Shown here one piece after another: positions 26,437-34,903 of a stretch of 64,000 nucleotides of DNA. A program made the position numbers and the translations under genes. Location: contig OX597816.1 of NCBI GenBank assembly GCA_951406725.2, positions 82,212,001 to 82,276,000 of the forward strand. Reading direction: 5' to 3'. This DNA comes from Octopus vulgaris. Its lineage: Eukaryota. Position 1 is the stretch's first letter; each line of letters opens with the position of its first letter. Below the pieces are notes generated by a model that saw only the letters and a program-made list of their open reading frames with translations, was not told where the DNA came from and did no database searches.

Positions 26437-26959
26437 CTATAAATCTTCGAGTATAGTCCGCCCTTGAGTATAATACGCAGGAGATTTTTTAGGGGGCTGT
26501 ACCTCTGAAAAACCTAAACCTTGTGTATAATATGCACCCCTTCTCTAACTTGAGTTGTGCATAATTAAGCCAGCAGCACCTAGTCGAACAAACAATCCTG
26601 CGCATGCGTAATACAATAATGGTGATGTTCTTAACTGTTATATGGGAATGTAAATATGTTTGCAAATTGTTTTTGTTACAAGTTATTCTGTGTTCTGAAT
26701 ACCTTTATTTTAATAAATGTTGTTTATTGCAAGTAATGGATGATTCTTTTATGACTTCATTGCTTTCACGCTTAGCTTAAGGTATTTTCGCGCCCAACAT
26801 CACAAAATGCGTCTAAATTAACATTGCCGGACAGCAAATAGAGACTCGGACATTGCTTAGAAAATATTTTTCATTTTTAACCTTATATATAGCATGCACT
26901 AGGGATTTTGACCGTTAAATTTTGGGGAAAAAATGCAGATTATACTCGAGGATTTACGG
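26437..26959. mobile_element. pogo/Tigger-like MITE
   Basis: TIRs ctataaatcttcgagtatagtccgc and gcagattatactcgaggatttacgg. Left TA present. No coding capacity. Confidence 0.75.
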
Positions 26960-27419
26960 GAAACACATATACATGTAGGAGCTCAGGCAATGGAAGGTGT
27001 GGCTGCAGCTTATATGTTCTTATCTGCATGCACATGTATGTAATAATGTTAAAAATACGATGAAAATGAAATCAAAATGACAGAAATAATTTTTTATAAA
27101 GGCATTCTAGATAATGTAGATATGTTAAAGCAGGTGTGAGTGTATGAGTATGAATATCTTTGTGTATGAGTGTGTATACTTATGTATGCATGTATGACAT
27201 GTGAATGTCTGAATGAGGAAATGCTTCTGCGTATGCATATGTATGCATGTACATGTGTGTGTTTGTGTACAGGTTTATGCATATGTACTTCAGTGAATGA
27301 GAGCAAAATTCTGCTCATGAAAGTATATCCATGTGTAAGTGTGTGTGCATATGCATGTGAATGGAAGGAAGTGAGAGTGTATGTAAATGCGTGTGTGTGT
27401 GTGTGTGTGTTATTTTACT

Positions 27420-27712
27420 TTTTTAGTAATTTCAATCTTTCTTATAAGAAAGGAGCTGGTTTCTAACAAAGAAACAAAGCTTCATTACTGGAATTTTGAT
27501 AACTAAATAATTATCATATTGAACTTTAAAAAAGTATTGTTATTTCTACTGTGCTGCTTACAGATTGTATTTGTGAAATGTATGTTATCTGATCACTTTT
27601 CATGCAAATTTCTTCGTTTGGTTGAAAAAAAGCCAGCCTTTCAAGATGGTCACTTCAGCATTTACTAACGATGCCCAATAATTATTTGTATAAATGTGAA
27701 TTTATGTTTCAA
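27420..27712 (+). repeat. Unclassified ~290-bp interspersed repeat that follows (TG/TATG)n tracts
   Basis: Homologous segments (aaggagctggtttctaac...ctggaattt...cttacagattgtatttgt...taaatgtgaatttat) at 19445-19730 and 9580-9810, and partially at 33075-33180 and 33430-33510. Confidence 0.65.
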
Positions 27713-27889
27713 GCAGAGAAATCTTATGTCTAAATGTGTGCATATTCATATGTATGTACTCATATATACATGAGCACAAGCATGGATGGCATTGCATATG
27801 TGAATCTTATTACATGCTGAACTTTATGAATGTCTTACATATTTTGACAGTACCTTTGATAAATTGTAGCAGTAATCTTATTAGGTTGT

Positions 27890-28095
27890 TCTTTTCAGTT
27901 TTGTGAATCTCATCTTCACTAGCTTGATACTGAGGCAAATAGTCATATATCTAAGTGCTTCAATTGTTAAAAATCTAAAGTTGTAGTCTGAACAGAGTAC
28001 CTGCAGATTTCTCATCAGTTCAGCATAAACATTCTCCTTATCTCTAATCTTTAACATTAAGGCTGACATTTGTTGGACAACTGATTTCAACTTCT
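27890..28095 (-). mobile_element. R4/Dong-type LINE relic (restriction-like endonuclease C-terminus)
   Basis: VEISCP (frameshift) ...KIRDKENVYAELMRNLQVL...TIEALRY resembles the RLE C-terminal motif (E/D)..P....K..EK..KY..L...IGALG. Confidence 0.55.
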
Positions 28096-28810
28096 GTGTA
28101 TAGATTACTATGCCTGGACTGTTTTGCTTGATATGTACATTCCACTAGTATTCTTTCAAATTATGTGTGGTTGTACCTTTCTCATCACCTTAGCTTATAT
28201 ATTTCTCTTCTCTGGATTATGTTTTCCATGGATTTGGTTACCTAATGTTCTAGCCAAAACAAATATGTTGCTTATTAGTTGTAGTATTGAGTTCACAATC
28301 AAAAGGTTATGGGTTTGATTCCTGACCAAGCAGTGCATTTTATCCTTCAGTGAGGCACTTCATTTCACAGTGCTCCATTCCACTTAGTGAAAAATGAATA
28401 CCAGCCAAGTGTTGGCACAGTCAACTTCTCCTTCAGTTGTCACATCCTAGACATTTCACTAGATTAAAAGTTGGAAGACCGAGTGGGTATTTATGTCTAC
28501 TCACAGCTACATGTCCACCTAAAACAATTAGCAAAAGCATGGTACATGTTACCCTATCATACTCACTTAAAATCAAAGGTTATGTACTATTGTGTATGTA
28601 TATATGGTTATATGAATGTAAGTGATTGAAGAGAGAGAAAGTTTGTGCATGTGTGGAAGAAAAAATGTATAGATGTATATTTATGTCAGGTTGCTCTGAG
28701 TGCTAATGGTAACTTGTAATGCAGTGTAGTATGTTACATGACTTGGTTATCAGCAACTAAAACAGTACCCCAACCAAACTAGCTTTGTATGGCTGGTTGC
28801 TATATATATA

Positions 28811-31800
28811 TCATCATCATCATCATCATCGTTTAGCGTCTGTTTTCCATGCTAGCATGGGTTGGACGGTTCTACTGGGGTCTGTGAAGCCAGAAGGCTT
28901 CATCAGGCCCAGTCAAATCTGGCAGTGTTTCTACGGCTGGATGCCCTTCCTAACGCCAACCACTCCGTGAGTGTAGTGGGTGCTTTTTACGTGCCACCCG
29001 CACTGGTGCCAGACAGAGCTGGCAAACGGCCATGAACGGATGGTGCTTTTTATGTGCCACCGGCACGAGGGCCAGGCGAGGCTGGCAACGGACACGAAAC
29101 GGGGCGGTGCTGGCAACGGTCGCGAAACGGAAAGTTCTCTTACATGCCACCGGCACTGGTAACACATCTGCAATTTCCATTGATCGATTTCCATTGATCG
29201 ATTTCGATTCTGATCCTCACTTGCCTCAACGGGTCTTCACAAGCAGAGTTTTGACATGCCACCGGCACTGGTAGCACATCCGCAATTTCCATTGATCGAT
29301 TTCGATTCTGATCCTCACTTGCCTCAACACGTCTTCACAAGTAGAGTTTTGTGTCCCAAGAAGGGAAGGTATGCATACGTAGGCCGGCTCCATCCCATGT
29401 AGAAGGCCACGGGTTATGGACTCACTTGTCCTGCCGGGTCTTCTCGCGCACAGCACACTTCCAGAGGTCTCGGTCTCTAGTCATTTCCTCAGTGAGACCT
29501 AAAGTTCGAAGGTCGTGCTTCACCACCTCGTCCCAGGTTTTCCTGGGTCTGCCTCTTCCACAGGTTCCCTCAACCGCTAGGGTGTGGCACTTTTTCACAC
29601 AACTATCTTCATCCATTCTCGCCACATGACCATACCAGCGCAAACGTCTCTCTTGCACACCACAACTGATGCTTCTTAGGTCCAGCTTTTCTCTCAAGGT
29701 ACTTACACTCTGCCGAGTGTGAGTACCGGCATTACACATCCATCGGAGCATACTGGCTTCATTTCTAGCGAGCTTACGCATATCCTCAGCAGTCACGGCC
29801 CATGTTTCACTGCCATGTAGCATGGCTGTTCGTACACACGCATCATACAGTCTGCCTTTCACTCTGTGCGAGAGGCCTTTTGTCACCAGCAGAGGTAAGA
29901 GCTCTCTGAACTTTGCCCAAGCTATTCTTACTCTAGCAGTTACACTTTCAGCACACCCGCCCCCGCTGCTGACTTGGTCACCTAGGTAACGGAAACTATC
30001 AACTATTTCTAGTTTTTCTCCCTGGAAAGTGACGGAAGTTGGTCTCAGAGCATTTTCAGTGTTTATTGTTCCTGAGCATCTGCCACATACAAAAACCATC
30101 TCCCTAGTTAGCCTTCCTTTGACATTGCTGCATCTCTTATGTGTCCATAGCTTACACTTGGTGCATCTTATAGAGTTTCTACCTACACCTTTTCTACAGA
30201 TCGAGCAGGGCCATCTACCTGAAGGTGTTTGTGATTTGTCTACCTTCCTACTGATTACAACTTTGGTTTTAGCTAGATTGACTCTGAGGCCCTTCGATTC
30301 TAATCCTTGTTTCCACACCTGAAACTTCTCCTCCAGTTCTGATAGCGACTCAGCAATTAGAGCAAGGTCATCAGCATAGAGGAGCTCCCAAGGGCATCCT
30401 GTCTTGAATTCCTCCGTTATTGCCTGGAGGACTATGATAAATAGGAGGGGGCTGAGTACTGAGCCTTGGTGGACTCCTACCTCTACCCGGAATTCTTCAC
30501 TGTACACATTTCCAACCCTCACCCTACTAGCGGCGTCCCTATACATGGCCCGCACAGCTCTCACTAACCATTCATCTATCCCTAGTTTCCTCATTGCCCA
30601 CCAGATAAGGGATCGGGGGACCCTGTCGAAGGCTTTCTCCATGTCAACAAAAGCCAGGTACAGGGGCTTATCTTTGGCTAGGTATTTCTCCTGCAGCTGC
30701 CTTACCAGGAATATAGCATCAGTAGTACTTTTCCCTGGCACAAACCCAAACTGCATCTCATCTAAACTAACTCTCTCTCTAATTAGTTGGGCTATGACCC
30801 TCTCCGTAACCTTCATCACCTGGTCCAACAGCTTGATACCTCTGTAGTTATTTGTATCTAGGGCATCACCTTTACCTTTGTAGCAGTTGACTATTATACT
30901 GCTACACCAGTCATTGGGTATGACCCCTTTGTGTATCACCTGATTAACTATACGGGTGACTAGGCTATAGCCGACACTACCAGACATTTTGAGCATCTCT
31001 GCAGTGATTCCTGATGGGCCTGGGGCTTTCCCTGTCTTCATGCTTCTAATTGCCTTAGCTACCACGGAACTATCAACTCGGATAGCTGGTCCCTCTGTTG
31101 GGTCAACATTCGGCAGACTCTCTTTATCCCATTCATTTTCTTCATTCAGCAACCTTTCATAGTGGCATCTCCAAACCTCTCTCTTTGCATCCTCATTTAG
31201 CGCAAGTGAACCATCTTCCATGCGAACACACTTCTCTCCTACCACATCACGATTCTCTCTCACACACTGTCTTGCAACACGAAACACCTCCAGTCTTTGG
31301 TCCTCACGGCGCAGAACATTGGCAAATTTTTTCTTATCTGCTTCCCCTCTGGCTAAATAAACCTGTCTCCTAGCTTCTCTTTTGGCAGTCTGATACAATC
31401 CCCTGCTACCCCCATTTTTCCAGACCTTCCAAGCCTGTCTCTTTTCTCTAATAGCCCTGTCTACAATATTGTTCCACCACCACGTTATTCTAGGTCGAGA
31501 GGGGACTTTGCACCAGCCACAGATCTGGTCAGTGGCTCTCAGCAGGTTGTCCCTTAGAAACGTCCAGCTGTCTTCTACCCCCTGTGATGCTCTATCCCCT
31601 TCTACTTCGTCAGAGGCTTCAAGTAATATGTCCCTAAATCTCTGTCCATTTGCAGGATCTTTAAGCTTCCAGATCCTTCTTCTCCATATTTGTCGTCTTC
31701 TGGTTGTCCTCCTAGTCCTGATCCTAAAGTCACTAACTACCAGTCTATGTTGTGGGGTACATTCTTCACTTGGGAAGGTTTTGGCATTTATAAGCAGCCA

Positions 31801-32945
31801 TCTCTCCCTTTGCCTTGTAAGGATGTAGTCAATTTGGCTGGTATGTTGGCCCGATTGGTAAGTGACTAGGTGGCTGGTAGGTTTCCTGAAGTTAGTGTTG
31901 CAAATCATAAGATTATTTGCATCGCAGAACTCCAGCAGCCTGGTTCCCTCCTCGTTGCGGGAGCCATAGCCATAGCCTCCATGTACGCCATGGAAGCCCC
32001 CAGCATGTCGTCCAACGTGACCATTGAAGTCACCAGCCACAAAGATAAGGTCTCTGTCGTTTGTCAACGAGGTAGTCTGCAGTAGAGTGTCATAGAATCG
32101 GTCTTTCTGTCCATCGGGTAGCCCCGACTGAGGAGCATAGGCTGATATAATGGTTGCTAAACTATGATGAAGCACTAATCTAATCTTAAGTATTCTGTCA
32201 CATACTCTGATTACCTCAATTACTTTATCTACCCATTTCTCAGCGATAAGTATACCCACGCCACCAACCCCGTCAGTGTTCCCTGCCCAGAAAATCTTGT
32301 ACCTGCGTTCCTTGCCTGTGAGGAACCTAGCTGATCCTCCTCTCCACCTTATTTCTTGCATGCAACATATATCCACACATCTCCGTTCAAGCATCTCAAC
32401 TATCTCACCAGACCTACCTTTCAGAGTGCCAACGTTGAGGGTGCCAACCCTGAGGGTGTGGGAGGCATGGGCTCTAGAGACCCTGGGACAGTGGACAGTA
32501 GCTTCGTGTACCTGAAAAGAAAGCTCGCATTTGGCAGAATTCATGTGCAAGAAATGAAGTAGTAAAGTAGCCTTCAGTACAACCTGCATAACGCTAGCCT
32601 TTCATATTTTGCACAGTATGAACATTACCTTACATAGGTCGAGAGGGTAGGGATGGTGAGAGCATTTGCAGTCTTCATGGGAAGCAACCCCGGAATGGCA
32701 GAGAATAGGAACTTCCGGCATGCGTGTTGGGGGTGGGAGGGCGGGTGCACCGTAGCTGAGTAAAGAGGTTCTGTTAATCGTATGAGCTAGCAAATGGGTT
32801 TGTATGAATCGGGAGACAACACTAAACGAAAAATTGAAAAATCAGAGTGGCTATGAACCTGTAGACAAGTCTAAACGAAAAAAAATGTTTGAGCTAGACA
32901 GGGTAATGAGGGAATACTGAAAGAATGAGGGACAATACAATGAGA
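28811..32945 (-). mobile_element. Near full-length RTE LINE with 3' UTR and (GAT)n tail
   Basis: Single long ORF and ~600-bp 3' UTR with internal repeats. Terminal palindrome CCATGCTAGCATGG (28847-28860) and (GAT)n tail abut (TA)n at 28801-28810. The 5' boundary is approximate. Confidence 0.93.
29422..32589 (-). CDS. RTE-clade LINE ORF (APE endonuclease + reverse transcriptase), uninterrupted 1055 aa
   Basis: APE motifs GTLNVGTL, QEIRW, GDFNGH, QIDYIL, QHRLV. RT motifs NYRGIKLL, QFGF, FVDMEKAFD, GVHQGSVLSP, YADD, FRYLG. RTE-type C-terminus RRLRWYGHV...RGRPRKTW. Confidence 0.97.
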   Translation of the reverse strand: MQVVLKATLLLHFLHMNSAKCELSFQVHEATVHCPRVSRAHASHTLRVGTLNVGTLKGRSGEIVEMLERRCVDICCMQEIRWRGGSARFLTGKERRYKIFWAGNTDGVGGVGILIAEKWVDKVIEVIRVCDRILKIRLVLHHSLATIISAYAPQSGLPDGQKDRFYDTLLQTTSLTNDRDLIFVAGDFNGHVGRHAGGFHGVHGGYGYGSRNEEGTRLLEFCDANNLMICNTNFRKPTSHLVTYQSGQHTSQIDYILTRQRERWLLINAKTFPSEECTPQHRLVVSDFRIRTRRTTRRRQIWRRRIWKLKDPANGQRFRDILLEASDEVEGDRASQGVEDSWTFLRDNLLRATDQICGWCKVPSRPRITWWWNNIVDRAIREKRQAWKVWKNGGSRGLYQTAKREARRQVYLARGEADKKKFANVLRREDQRLEVFRVARQCVRENRDVVGEKCVRMEDGSLALNEDAKREVWRCHYERLLNEENEWDKESLPNVDPTEGPAIRVDSSVVAKAIRSMKTGKAPGPSGITAEMLKMSGSVGYSLVTRIVNQVIHKGVIPNDWCSSIIVNCYKGKGDALDTNNYRGIKLLDQVMKVTERVIAQLIRERVSLDEMQFGFVPGKSTTDAIFLVRQLQEKYLAKDKPLYLAFVDMEKAFDRVPRSLIWWAMRKLGIDEWLVRAVRAMYRDAASRVRVGNVYSEEFRVEVGVHQGSVLSPLLFIIVLQAITEEFKTGCPWELLYADDLALIAESLSELEEKFQVWKQGLESKGLRVNLAKTKVVISRKVDKSQTPSGRWPCSICRKGVGRNSIRCTKCKLWTHKRCSNVKGRLTREMVFVCGRCSGTINTENALRPTSVTFQGEKLEIVDSFRYLGDQVSSGGGCAESVTARVRIAWAKFRELLPLLVTKGLSHRVKGRLYDACVRTAMLHGSETWAVTAEDMRKLARNEASMLRWMCNAGTHTRQSVSTLREKLDLRSISCGVQERRLRWYGHVARMDEDSCVKKCHTLAVEGTCGRGRPRKTWDEVVKHDLRTLGLTEEMTRDRDLWKCAVREKTRQDK

Positions 32946-32952
32946 TACACAT

Positions 32953-33073
32953 ATATACGACGGGCTTCTTTCAGTTTCTGTCAACCAAATCCACTCACAA
33001 GGCTTTGGTCAGCCCAAGGCTATAGTAGAAGACACTTGCCCAAGGTGCCATGCAGTGGGACTGAACCCGGAAC
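32953..33073 (-). mobile_element. SINE family A 5' half directly upstream of the RTE LINE, same orientation
   Basis: Minus strand reads ggttccgggttcagtcccactgcatggcaccttgggcaag...aagaagcccgtcgtatatat and stops at the SINE's internal microsatellite. Confidence 0.85.
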
Positions 33074-34230
33074 CATTATTCAGTTTTATTTCAAGATTTC
33101 TTGCCAATAGAGAAAGAGCCGCTTTCTAACCTAGATGCAAAGGCTCCTTCATTGGAATTTCAACAACATCAACAGGGTATTTTTGTATGTATGTATATGT
33201 GCAGGTTCGTATGTTTTGTTTTATGTATGTATATATGTATGTTTGTATGTATGTGTGTATGTATGTGTGCATGTATGTACATAAGTATGTTTGTATGTAT
33301 GTATGTAACTAAGTATTGCTTGTAGGTAGATGTGTGTATGTAAGTATGTTTGCATGTATGCAAGTATTGTATGTATGCATACATATATGTTTGTTTGTAT
33401 GTATGTATGCAAATATGTATGTTTGGTTTCCTTGCTTTATTTTTCCAATTTCTCACCAAAGGGGAAAGACTCAGTTTCTAGCCTAGAAACAGGATTCTTT
33501 GATTGGAATTTAGACATCAAGCAGAGTAGTCTTGTATGTACATGCACATGTGCATGTATGTATATGTATGTATGCATGTTCACACATATACATATAACTC
33601 ATGCCAGTGCAAATGTATACATAGATATAAACTTGGATGGCATTGCTTATGTGGATCTTATTACACACGGAACTTCTTGAATATTTTACATATTTTAATA
33701 GTGCTTTGACAGATTGTAGATGTATGTATGTATGGATGCATGCATGCATGTATATGTGTATTTCTGTATATATATGTATATATGTCAGTCTCCATGTATG
33801 TATGTGTGTGTGTGAAAGTTTATGTGAGAATGTATAGATGTAAATCAGGTGAGAGACAGGAAGAGAGAGAGAGAGAGAGAGAGCATATATGTGTGCTTAA
33901 GTGTGTGTGGATGTGTGTGAAGATTATTTTAGTGTATGCACAGAAAGAGAGAGAATGAAGGACAAAGAGAGAATGTATGAATGCATGTGAAGGAGACAGA
34001 TAAATAAATAATGAGGAAGTGTGTATGTGTTTAAGCATGAGTGTGTATGTATGTAAGTCTTTGTGAGTATAGAAAGTCAACATATGTGTATGTGCTCTGC
34101 CAACAGTTATGGTAATATAATCAGATTGTTTACCAAGTTTGCTATGACAGAACAGTAACAAGAAAGAAAGAGACAAAAAAAATGGAATTATAGTTTAGAG
34201 AATTGAAAACTAGAAAGTAATGCAAAATAT

Positions 34231-34307
34231 ATGAGAAGAAGAGGGGGAGGAAGAGGAAGAAGAAGAGGAGGAGGAGGGGGAAGAGGGGAGGAAGAAGGGG
34301 AGGAGGG

Positions 34308-34340
<33 letters not shown>

Positions 34341-34520
34341 GGAGGAAGAAGAGGATGAGGGGGAGGGAGAGGAAGAAGAGGGAGGAGGAGGAGGAGGAGG
34401 AAGAAGAAGAGGAGGAAGAAGAAGAAGAGGAGGAGGAGGAAGAAGAAGAAGAGGAGGAGGAGGAAGAAGAAGAAGACTGACGATGGTGATGACAACAATG
34501 ATGATCATGATGGTGGTGAT
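34231..34520. repeat. (GAG/GAA)n purine triplet tract followed by (GAT)n
   Basis: Directly visible. It generates spurious poly-E/G/R/S ORFs. Confidence 0.95.
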
Positions 34521-34757
34521 GACAAAGGCAGAAATAAATAAATGTCAAAAATCTAACTTGTCTGTCACTGATTGAAAAATAAATATTGATTATAGAGAGT
34601 GATGAAAGAATTTAATAGATTAGATTGAACTGAGGAAATAATAAAATATAAATTGTTGTTGTTTAGTCTTGGACTGTTCCTGATTTGACCAGAGAGAGGG
34701 AGGAGTGTTGCACAGTAAAAGTTTATAAGTAGAAGTAGAATCTGTTATTGTTTATAC

Positions 34758-34903
34758 CAGGTGAAGGCAACCCTTTTTCAGAAGGGAGCCATATGAGTCA
34801 TGGCCCATCATAAGGCAGGCCACACTACTAAATAATTTCATGGTAAACTTTCATTTAGCTTGCCATTCAGAAAGTCTTGTAGGTTGCAGGTTGTCCAAGA
34901 CTG
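34758..34903. mobile_element. Short hAT-like MITE
   Basis: Imperfect TIRs caggtgaaggcaacc / ggttgtccaagactg, resembling CAGnnnnGGCAAC hAT ends. Confidence 0.45.

Noticed and set aside
30029-32562. Several plus-strand ORFs (68-147 aa) antisense to the RTE ORF
   Set aside because: These are shadow ORFs of a long coding sequence with no independent motifs.
34142-34575. Overlapping 106-118 aa ORFs rich in E/G/R, S, P and L/F
   Set aside because: They are translations of a (GAG/GAA)n triplet tract. There are no splice signals or domain content.
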